A program made the translations under genes and the position numbers. Source: Emiliania huxleyi CCMP1516 (taxonomy: Eukaryota). From it: a DNA stretch of 64,000 nucleotides. The notes under the pieces were generated by a model, which searched no databases, was not told where the DNA came from, and worked only from the letters and a program-made list of their open reading frames with translations. Shown here in pieces: positions 45,501-55,780 of this stretch (position 1 is its first letter; each line of letters starts with the position of its first letter). The stretch is from positions 785,660 through 849,659 of the forward strand of contig NW_005201392.1 of assembly GCF_000372725.1 (NCBI RefSeq). The letters are read 5' to 3'.

Positions 45501-47473
45501 CGCAGTGCGACGCTCAGGTCAGACGTCGTCGACATGGGGGCGAGCTCCGTGCCCCCGTCGGCCATGAAGCTGTCGGGCGCGGCCACGTCCTTCATCCCGC
45601 GGTAGAGGAGGAGCTGCGAGCTGGCGCTCTCGCGGCTGACCTCGGCCTCCACTGAGCGGAGCTTCGTCAGGGCGTCCCGGAGCAGCGCGACCGTCGCGGG
45701 CAGCGGGTGGGGCTCTCCCCGCTCGTACCGCGCCCAGTTTCGGAGGGGGTTGTTGATCGACTCGAAGGCGGCGGTGGTGTACAGCCGCAGGGCGACGACG
45801 TGCGCCTGCTCGAGGTTGGCGAGCCGCGAGTGCTCGTGCGCCACAAAGTCGCGAAGGAGCATGCCGCGTCTCGCCGCGCCGTCGCAGACAGTGCGCGACT
45901 CCAGCACGGCGCCGTTCTCGTCGCAGTCGCGCTTGAGGCCGCCCTGAAAGGTGAGGTCGCTCGAGNNNNNNNNNNNNNNNNNNNNNNNNNNNNNNNNNNN
46001 NNNNNNNNNNNNNNNNNNNNNNNNNNNNNNNNNNNNNNNNNNNNNNNNNNNNNNNNNNNNNNNNNACTGGCGCCAGGTCGTGCTCGACGTGGCGACGCCA
46101 CCCGCCGGCGTCGACATCGCGTCGGACGAGTCGGCAGCACGGACGAGCGTGCATGGCCCGGCCGGCGCGTACACGCGTGCAGTGACGCGTCTGACTCGCG
46201 CCCGTAGGCCGACGCCGTCGGTGCGTGGCTCGTCCGACACCAGCCCATCACTTGCTCCGTCAACGGCGCCGTCGGGCGCGACGCGGCGCCGGCCGTCGCC
46301 GCGGGCTCGCCGCCCGACCACTTTCGGTTCGCGCGGCGCGTGTTCGAGCGGTCGGCGCTCTGCGTCTACTCGGTCGGCGACGCGGACGCGCCCGTGCTCT
46401 CGGCGCAGGCGCGGCCGCAGGACGGCGAGTGCTTCGGCGAGCTGCCGCCGCTCTCGTCGATGGCGGATGTCACGGTCTTCCCGATGGTGGTGCCCTCGGC
46501 GCAAGCAGCCTATTTCTCGCACTACTCGACGGAGCACCTCCGCGCGCTCGGCGCCGCCGCCGCCGCGCCGCCGCCGCCCGCCGCTTCGCCGTCCGCGGCG
46601 CCGTCGAGCGGCGAGGCCGCCAAGCGCGCCGCCGCGGTCGTCGACGCGTTTGTGTCGGCCGCGGGGGCGGCCGAGGCGCGCGGGTACGTGCGGCAGATCG
46701 GCGCATATCTCCTCACGGCGGCGGACGGGCCGCGTCGCGCCTTTGGGCAGCGCACGGCGCTGTATGGCCTGCAGCGGCCGCCGATGGATGGGCGGCGCAC
46801 GGCGCTGCGGGTCGGGCCGGCGGCCACGAGCTTGGACGAGCTGCTCCCGCTCGCGCTGCCGTTCGCGATGACCAACGCGCGAGGCCAGGCGGCCGGCTAA
46901 CTTCTCTTCTCTCTGCTCAGCGCGACTCCTCTCTCTCTCTCCCTTCCTCTCTCTCTCTCTCCCTCCTCTCTCCGCCGCCTCCCTCACCGCCGCCTCCCTC
47001 ACCGCCGCCTCCCTCACCGCCGCCTCCCTCACCGCCGCCTCCCTCACCGCCGCCTCCCTCACCGCCGCCTCCCTCTCCGCCGCCTCCCTCTCCGCCGCCT
47101 CCCTCGCCGTCAGGCGGTCGTCTCGTTCGACCCGTCGCAGCAGCAGCTCAAGGCTGAGTGGGCCAAGCTCGTCGGCGGGGTGGCGGGGCTCGAGCAGCTC
47201 GAGCAGTTCGAGCAGACCGAGGAGGAGTTCGCCGCCGAGCGGGTGCAGGCCTCTCTCCACCGCACTGTCCGGGTCGAGGCGCCGTACACGGGACGCGGCG
47301 AGCTCCTCGGCGCGGGCGCCGCCGGCGGCGGGCCGCGCTTCCCGCTCGCGCAGCAGTTTTGCACCAAGCTGGTCACGCTCGGCCACATCAAGTCGTCGCG
47401 CCCCGACGATGCCGCCTTTGTCGACTACTTTGGCGCCTCGCCAAAGTGGCTCCGGGCGGGCGTCTTCGACTGA
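42503..47473 (+). CDS. Aldehyde-dehydrogenase-fold protein, multi-exon, scrambled by gaps and duplications
   Basis: DFGKQDGVTEFEEA (resembles ALDH E.GK...EV), GPNLMVALG and ENSGQCTALR (resemble GGK.P and N.GQ.C.A with the catalytic Cys). The last exon occurs twice (about 43490-43850 and 47113-47473). Confidence 0.55.
45278..45965 (-). CDS. Second copy of the ADP-ribosyltransferase exon (matches 50544-51231), truncated at a gap
   Basis: Same peptide SSDLTFQGG...EAEYLFPPLTYL...VDVKPRV*, at a constant offset of 5266 nt. Confidence 0.85.
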
Positions 47474-48024
47474 GGGGGGTGGCGACCCCGCGGCCCAAAC
47501 CGCCGCCTCAGCCCCGCCGGGGAGGCAGTCAGTCAAAGCCAAATCAGTGGGGGAGGAGCGGGCACGGCGCAAAACGGGTCGGGGATTCGGCGCGCGCCAG
47601 ATTTTGCGGGGGCGAAAGGGCGAATCCCTGCCCTCCCCTTTTCCACCTCCGTCAGGGTTGTGCTCCCGTGGGGGGTCACGCCTAGACGCTTCGGCCCTCT
47701 ATATACAACTATTTTATCACGCTCTCGCCTCTTTTTCCAAGAGTGAAGTATTCGAGCTGCGGCCGTGTGATCGGCCGTGTGCGCATCTGCGCATGCTGTA
47801 GAGAGGTTAGTGGTTACGTGACCCCCCCACGCGTCACGGGGGCCTGTACGGGGTCGACACGGCCAGCGGACGAGCCGGGAAAACCCCTCGCCCTTTCGCC
47901 CCCTGTGTCGGTGAGAGAGTTCTTTTTGTTGTCGTCCGCGCTTTGCCTGTTGTGTGTGAATCGTGCGTGTGCGAGAGTATATACTGGATCAAAACGCCAC
48001 GCTGCCACCCTTTTGTACTACACT

Positions 48025-50125
48025 CTACACGCTCTCCGTCGATGGAGGCTGGCACTGGATGCGCGGATGTGGGTCCGTGTGCGGCGAGATCTTTAGCGCA
48101 GCGTAGGCGCAGAGGATGAGTGCGTGCATCACCGCGCTGAGCGCGTAGGGCAGAGAGGTCCCGATCCGGGCGCTCCTCGGGTCCGCCCCTATTAGCATGC
48201 CCACACGCGAGTGGCGCGGTGCTCACGCGCCAAGCTCCTCGAGCAAGCGAGGGGAGAGGCCGCGCACCCTCGCCCCCGATCGCGTAGAGCGCGTTGACGC
48301 AGACGATGGGACCAAGGCACTCGCCGAGCGAGAAGAGCACGCGGCTCACGCCTGCAGTCATCCCACAACGGCACGCTCGCTCTCTCCAACGCCATCCCGC
48401 GCCTGCTCTCCACGGGGGCGGCGAGGCGACGTCACCCGTCAGAGCGCCGGTCCCATTGACGGTGTGCATGCGTCCGACCGTCGAGACGCGGTTCTGGTTC
48501 GGGTTCACCGCCAGGCAGAGACCAGGCGTGAGCACCTGGGGGGCAGGTCTGTATGTGAGAGCGCCCAGAGGGCCGCTTCCTAGGCGGTCACCTCCCTCTC
48601 TGGCCCCGCACGCACTCCAATCATCAAGGGGAAGGCGACCGGGTGCCGGTTGATCCACGGCAGGGCGAGGAGTGTGCAGGCGGCCGTCTGCCAGCCGTGC
48701 CCGATGTAGATGGACATGGCAATCGAGTAGCGCGCCACCTAGTCCTTGGGCGGTTGGGTGTGGGTGGGGGCCCAAACTTTGGAGTGCAGGTTTCCCTCCT
48801 GCTTCTGCTACTTGTGACATTCTGCTACTACTTGCGCCACCAGCTTCGGGACGACGTAGACTGCGGTGAAGAAGGTCAGGGCCGAGGAGGCCACCGCGCA
48901 CCTGACCCCGCGTGGCGAGGGTGAGCTATGGCAGCCCTTAAGGCTGCTTGCTGCTAGGCGTGACGAGCCGAATGGGGAGCGTGCTCTAAGCTGCTGGCGT
49001 GCGGTCGCGCACGCGGCGATGACGGGCACTCTGAAGCCGAAGTAGAGCGCGTAGTGGACGGCGGGCAGCGCTCCCTGGATGACCACCGTCCAGCCGCTCG
49101 CAAACGACGTCAGCGCGTGCGAGATGAACTCCTGTGGCGCGGAGACAGGTGGGGCGTCTTCCGCGGCGAGGAGGGTCACAAGGGGAGTGGGTGGAGAGGA
49201 GAGAGGAGAGGAGAGGTAGCGGGGAGGGAGACGAGACGAGACTGAGTCGGAGAGATGATGAGACGAGGCCAGAGCAATAAGAGCGCGCCCGAGTCGCGAG
49301 GGCCCGCCGGATGCCTTCTGGCTTGTTCTTCCGCATCGCCACAATGTTGTCCAGCACGGGCGGAGCAAAGTACACCGGGAGGAGCGCGAGCAACGCGATC
49401 GCTGTGGAGAGGCCCATCACGCCGCCCCAGATGGCAAACGGCTCTCCAAACGGCACCGCGACGGCGGCGCCTCCGAGGGTCAGTCCGCTCAAGATGAAGC
49501 CTCCGAATTTTCCAATGGACGCGACCAGGGCGGGACCCGGCTCCTGGCGGTCGAAAAGGAACACAAAGGCGGGCACGGTGGGGACAGCGAAGCCAGCCAG
49601 CAGGCGGACGGCGAGGAGCGCAGCGACCGCACCGAGCGGAATGCCGTCGATGGAGAAGAAAGCTGTCACCGCAAAAAAGGTTACATTCAAGAGCATCACC
49701 ACTGTCAGCGCCTTGCGGCTGCCGAGTTTCGCGCTCTGGACGCCCCAGAAGAGGTGGCCCGGCATCTTTGCGAAGGACTGCGCCGTCAGGATGGCACCGA
49801 CCCACCGCCGCGCCCACTGTGCGCCCTCGTCTCCGACGATGCCCTGCGACGACGCCCACGCGAGCAAAAAGACGGGGAGCGTCGGCACAATCGAAGCGAG
49901 GCCAAAGAAGTCGGCGAAGACGGCGCAGCCCGGAGCCAAGTACGGCCTGCGGAAGGCTGTCACGATACACCGAGGCGTGGCCGACTCGGGTGGCGGTGGT
50001 GAGGACGGTGCGGCGGTCGACGGCAGTGCGTCGACTGGCGCAGCGGCTGCTGGTGGCAGTGCGTCGACTGGTGCAGCGGCACCAGGAGCTCCAGCGCCAG
50101 CAGTCGGCGCACAAACACCCGCCAT
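48025..50125 (-). CDS. Major facilitator superfamily transporter (multi-exon)
   Basis: TM1 CAVFADFFGLASIVPTLP, motif-A-like FWGVQSAKLGSRKAL, and LLAVRLLAG. Further hydrophobic exons run down to LPYALSAVMHALILCAYAAL...TESV* at 48025. Confidence 0.8.
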
Positions 50126-50229
50126 ATCGGCGATTTGTCACGCCGCATTTGATACCCCGCCCCATGTGTGTGTGCGCGTGTGCGTGCGTGTGCGAGTGTG
50201 TGTGTGGGGGGGGGGGGATCTTCTTCTTC

Positions 50230-50230
<1 letters not shown>

Positions 50231-50305
<75 letters not shown>
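50231..50305. repeat. (TG)n microsatellite upstream of the MFS gene
   Basis: About 37 TG units. Confidence 0.95.
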
Positions 50306-50308
<3 letters not shown>

Positions 50309-50543
50309 TGTGTTGTGTCCGGTCGCGTTCCAACCGTTTGCTTGTTGAGCACTTGAGCACTGGATAGGGTCGATTCCGCATGGTACGGGACCCCTCGATC
50401 GTTTGCTTGTTGTAAAATGTACAACCCTGTCAAGAGTTGACGTGAACCCCCCCCCCCCCCCCCCCCTCATCCACGCGCACTCAACACAACAACTTGCACA
50501 TTTGCATGCAACCACCTTGCACTTCCACGTTCGGCCGCGTGAC

Positions 50544-53205
50544 CTAAACCCGGGGCTTCACGTCCACCACCTGATAGGACATGCCGCACGCGGCCACCGT
50601 CTCGGTACGGCCGGTTGGCTGCAGATAGGTCAGCGGCGGGAACAGGTACTCCGCCTCGTTTGGAAACGCGGACAAGAAGGATACGTTCGGGCCTCGGTCG
50701 TAGAAGGAGTCGGTGATCAGCCGCAGCAGCACGTGGTCGGAGGTCATCGTGCGGCTCGCTGAGTAGCGCAGTGCGACGCTCAGGTCAGACGTCGTCGACA
50801 TGGGGGCGAGCTCCGTGCCCCCGTCGGCCATGAAGCTGTCGGGCGCGGCCACGTCCTTCATCCCGCGGTAGAGGAGGAGCTGCGAGCTGGCGCTCTCGCG
50901 GCTGACCTCGGCCTCCACTGAGCGGAGCTTCGTCAGGGCGTCCCGGAGCAGCGCGACCGTCGCGGGCAGCGGGTGGGGCTCTCCCCGCTCGTACCGCGCC
51001 CAGTTTCGGAGGGGGTTGTTGATCGACTCGAAGGCGGCGGTGGTGTACAGCCGCAGGGCGACGACGTGCGCCTGCTCGAGGTTGGCGAGCCGCGAGTGCT
51101 CGTGCGCCACAAAGTCGCGAAGGAGCATGCCGCGTCTCGCCGCGCCGTCGCAGACAGTGCGCGACTCCAGCACGGCGCCGTTCTCGTCGCAGTCGCGCTT
51201 GAGGCCGCCCTGAAAGGTGAGGTCGCTCGAGCCAGCCTCGGCGTACAGGACGTAGGCGAGGCACTCCTTGTCGACATCCGTCCCAGCTAGGCTCACCTGC
51301 AGGGAGAGGCGACTAGGGTGAGAGAGGGGGAGCGCGAGATTGTGCGGCGATCCGGCGATGGATCACAGTCACCTCGTTCACGATGGCCGCGGTCCCGTCG
51401 ATCCGGCCCTGGTGAACGATGTTCTCTGGCACGCACATGTACGCCTCGACGCCTAGCGCCGCTTGCGCTGGCCGGCCGAAGACGAGCTCGCGCGGCGCCG
51501 AGGCGAAGCGGTCGTAGGAGTCGAGGATGTTGGTCAACGTCACCTCCTCGGCGTTGAAGCGCCCCGACATGCGACTGAACACCTCCGTTATCTCCGACTC
51601 CATGCGATGGAGTTCATCCTTGGGTGCCACGGTGACTGGGCGTTTGCGGCGAAGTGCGAAGTACAAGCACAGCAGGAGAAGGGCGCACGCCCCAACGGCG
51701 CAAATGGCCGATACGACACTCCGGGAAAGAAGACCCTCCCCGATGCTAAATGACGATGGCGTGAATGGCGGGGTCGGGGTCGACGGCGGCAGTGGTGGTG
51801 CTTGCGGCGGCGGGGGCGACGCGTCAAACGGCGGTTCCGCCTCCCCAAAGTTGTAGATCACGCCGCTGCTCTCGCGAGATCCGCCCTCCCAGACCCACGT
51901 GTCGTTGCTGAATTGTGCTACGCGTTTCTCAGAGAAGCCATCTTGGTCGAGCAGGTTGAACAGCTGCACATTCGCGTTGCTCCTGTCGCCCTTTTCGTCG
52001 AACTCCACGCGCCCGGAAAGGCCGTCAAACGACAGGGTCTGCTTGGACTCCCAGAACTGCGTGCCAAACTTCACCGGCAGTGGCCCCGTCGGGGCCACCT
52101 TGCAGGACAGCAGCCCTGCCGCTATGACAGCGTCGTAAGCAAACACACTGCCATCGCGCAGCACTGCACTCGTTTTTGGATTGACGGTACTGAAAAAGTC
52201 GTCGATGATCTGCCAGTCGGCAGGCAGGAACGGGTTGAAGTCTCCAGGCTGAAGCTCCGGCCAGCGCTGGTTTGCGAACTTGGTCCACTGCGGGTTGCCG
52301 TCGGTCGCACCGACCGCCTTGATCTGCAGACTGCCGTTCAGCGCTATCCGCGCCGCCTCGCTCAGTGGCGCGCCGCCGTCGATTTCGAGCGTGGTGCCTC
52401 CCACACTCTCAGTGAACACCCAAGAGGTGCCACGTCTGAGTAGACCAGTGTCTATCGCAGACCTTACAATAAGGCGAATGCTGTATTGGTTGAAAGCAAG
52501 AACAAGCACTGCCTTGGCCCCGCTGCTGCTCAGGCTGTCGACAGCAGAACGGATCGAGTCATCGCGGATCGATGCATCTTCGGAAAACTCTTCGCTGACA
52601 ACTGTCAAGCCGCTGGCCTGGCACGCTGCCTTTGCTGCTGCCTCGTAGGCGCGCCCGTACGTGGTTTGCTCATGTATCACGGCCACGGTCGAGAGCCCGA
52701 GCTCACGCTTCCAAAAGGAGCAGAGGCCCGACGCGGCCGCAACGTCCGAGGGGATGGTCCTCATGAAGCGAGGATAGAGGACGGTATCGGACAGGTCGGC
52801 TGAAGTTGACCCGTATGAGATCTGCGGGATGTCACGAGCACCGGTGGAAGTCGCCGTGGTGGTAGAGACTGTGTCGAGAATAGGACCGATGACGACGTCT
52901 GTGCCAGATAGATCTCCCAGCGATAGGTCCGCCTTGGCAGCTGTGCCGCCGCTGTCGAGCAGCCGGAATTGAAGCTGCTTGTCGCATCCCTTCAAGGACC
53001 CAAGTACGGGCAACGCAGCAGGCTCCCGCGAGTTGAAGTCCGTGACAGCCGTGAGGGCGACTGCAACGATCGCCTGCGCGAACGGGAGAGTGAGCCAGCA
53101 CGCGCCACTGACGGACCAGTCGAAAGCGCAATTATCGGCGGACGCTTTTGCGTCCGACTGCCAGGTGAGGACGGCGACGCTCACGTTCACGGAAGCGAGC
53201 GCCAT
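50544..53205 (-). CDS. Putative single-pass receptor: Venus-flytrap (ANF-receptor/class C GPCR type) ectodomain, TM helix, R-S-E mono-ADP-ribosyltransferase; exons 51373-53205 and 50544-51296
   Basis: VFT motifs VVIGP, IPQISYGSTSADLSD..YPRFMRTIPSD, FAYDAV and FDGLSGRVEFDEKGDR. TM VVSAICAVGACALLLLCLYFAL followed by RRKR. A 76-nt GT-AG intron (51297-51372) joins AIVNE|VSLAG in frame. ART motifs LYRG, PMSTT and EAEYLFPP. About 861 aa; the start codon is uncertain. Confidence 0.85.
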
Positions 53206-53378
53206 GAGGGCAAGGTCACGGTGCCGGCGCGGCACGGCGTGTCTTTGTCACGCCTCGATTGTTTGAAGTCGAATTTTTTGTTTCACTGATGAGCGAGCAC
53301 CACGAAAAAAGGTCAAGGTCGTCCTGAGCCATCCGAGTTTCTTCTGTTCGGGCATGGTCGCCGCGTCAGGCGACACGA

Positions 53379-54367
53379 ATGGCCAAGCTCTCCTCTCGCG
53401 AGGATCGGTGGCACGGCCACAAGCTACTTGGACTGTACGCGCTCCTACACTTCGCGTACCGCTACCACGCCTTTTTTGCCGGCGCAGATGACATGGGCTT
53501 CGCCGACCAGAACGGCTGGAGTTCTGCCGCAAGTCTAGCGCCTCACCTGCTGCTGCAGCTCAGCGGATTGACCTTCTCCATTCCACGCCGTCGCATCGTC
53601 ACGGGCTCACGGATCTGGCCCGAGTACCGCTGGCATGCGCTCGTCTTCACACTCCGCTCGCTGGTTCTCATGGCCATCGCGGTGCGTTATCCGCATGCCG
53701 AAACGTGCCTCCCGCCACTGCTTGTTGTCCTCTGCGCCATGGCGGCGGCCGACATTTCACCGCTTGGTACGCGCGGCGTGGCGAGTCGAGCCGCACGATT
53801 CGCGACCTGGCCGCGCCCGCGGGCGCCCAGTACTTGATGTCGGCGACGCAGTTCCACGCGACGACGGGCTGCTTGCTCACACGTGGCCGCCTGAGCGTGC
53901 AGCTCGTGTCGCTGTGCGTCATCCAGAGCGCCGCCTTTGTGATGACGCTGCAGCGGCGCGGCCTCATCACCCACCGCCAGGACCTGTGCCTTTACGCGGG
54001 TCTCCTGGGGTTTGGTGCGCCCACGTCCACCTCTGCCCCTCGCCTGGCCCTCGCGTCGGTCCACGTCGACCTGCTGTGTGCGGGACTAGGCCTCGCCGTC
54101 GTCCTGGACGACTTCAGCGCACGCGGCGTGCTGCCCGTGGCCTTCACCGTCGCCAACGCCGCGGCGATCGCGCGGCTTGACGGCGGAGCGAACAAGTACA
54201 TCTTGTGGGCGGCGGTCGGCCTGCTGCTGCCCGCGCTGTGCGCGCCTGAGCGCGCTGCGGCGCGAGTGTGGCGCGTGCTCGGCCCCGCCAGCGGCTGCGG
54301 ACTCGTTGCGAGCGCTTGGCGTCGCGGGCACTCCGAACGCAGGTTAGGAGGGGCAAAACCGTTATAG
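53379..54367 (+). CDS. Multi-pass membrane protein of unknown function with an apparent frameshift near 53755
   Basis: Hydrophobic protein-like sequence in ORF 53379-53837 up to MAAADI continues as TAWYARRG...in ORF 53705-54367. No intron is visible at the switch. Confidence 0.6.
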
Positions 54368-54594
54368 ATGTCAGGCGGGTAAGTACATGTATTCATGTGT
54401 ATGTGTGTACGTTTTTGCGAGCAGGGAGGTAATAGGATGAGCTTGCATCCATAAAAAGAAAATTTGAAGGGGCAAGGGCAAGAGGCTTTGATTCTCTCAA
54501 AAGAAAGAAAAACGATCGCGACTCCGCTGTCTGTTCCCCTCCATCTTGGCAGCCGCTCGGGCCTCTCTCCCGCTCCATCCGACAAATGCGCCGC

Positions 54595-55577
54595 ATGCCC
54601 ACTGCGCTCGTGACCGGTGCGTCGCGCGGCCTCGGCCTCGAGTGGTGCAGGCAGCTTTCCGATAAAGGGTGGACGGTCTACGCCGCGTGCCGAGCCGGTC
54701 CGGCCGCTCCCGCACTCGCACCTCTCAACGTCACGCCGGTCATGCTCGACGTGGCCGATCCGGCCTCGGTTGCCGGACTTGCTGCTGCGCTCGAGGGCGT
54801 CGACCTCGACTTGCTCGTGAACAATGCGGGCATCCGGCCAGATGAGTGCGGCCCCGACAAGACGCTCGGCGAGATGGACTATTCCGCTATGGAGGCCACG
54901 AGGAGAGCGGCCGGTAAGCTCTGTCACGGCCCGTTCAAAATCAACATTCTTGCACAGGCCGTGCTCGCAACCAACACGGTCGGGCCGATGCGAGTGCTCT
55001 CCGCTTGCCTGCCGGCGCTCAAGCGGGCGGGCGCGTTCAAAGTGCTCAACGTCAGCTCCGGCCTCGGCTCCTGCTCGCTGGCAGCGCACACCCGCCGCGC
55101 GTTCGGCAACATTGCGGCCACCGACCTCGCATACCGCTCCTCCAAGGCGGCCCTCAACATGGCCACGGCGCTGGCCGCCCTCGAGCTGGGCGAGCCACGC
55201 CCGAGCCACCTCCGCGACACTTCCGAGACGGCCAACTCGCCGGCGTGTGTTGGATGATCAGGCGAGTCGCACCCGCAGTCTTGCGTCGTCGCCTTTGACC
55301 CCGGCTGGGTGGCGACCGACATGGGCCTCCGCGGCGGCAAGGACTCACCGCCGCTCAAGGCCGGGGTTCGCAAGCAGCGACCAGCCTGACGGCACGCACC
55401 GGAGGCCAAACTGAGCCTCTGCCGGCATAGGTGGAGGACGCCGTCCGGCGCAGCATCCAGCGGATGGAGGGCCTCACGCCCGCGGAGACGGGCTCGTACG
55501 TGTCGGGGCCCGGCACGGCGGCGGCGGTGCGGGAGGACGGCTCAATCGGCTATGGCGCGTCGGTGGTCGCGTGGTGA
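54595..55577 (+). CDS. Short-chain dehydrogenase/reductase (C-factor/CsgA-like), multi-exon
   Basis: TGASRGLG, LLVNNAG, NVSSGLGS, catalytic YRSSK, and FDPGWVATDMG. Confidence 0.9.
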
Positions 55578-55780
55578 GGCCATTTCTGGTCGTCATTCAC
55601 TTTCTCCATTCGTGCGTGTGAGGCCAAAAAATTCTTTTTTTGACTTGTACCCTCCGGCGAAAGAAGAGAGTGCTGTGTATAGCGCCCCAGCCTGCTCCGA
55701 GCAGCGAGGAGTGGCTGCGCCAATTGCAGACAGTGGAGAGTGCCAGCGAGCCTTCCGCTACTCCATTCCGCTTCGGTCTC

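Noticed and set aside
45278..47572. 764-aa ORF apparently fusing a long N-terminus to the ART domain
   Set aside because: It reads through an N-gap; the part beyond the gap is the antisense of the ALDH-like gene.
48643..48924. Plus-strand ORF as a separate gene or retroelement fragment
   Set aside because: It is the antisense of MFS transporter exons.
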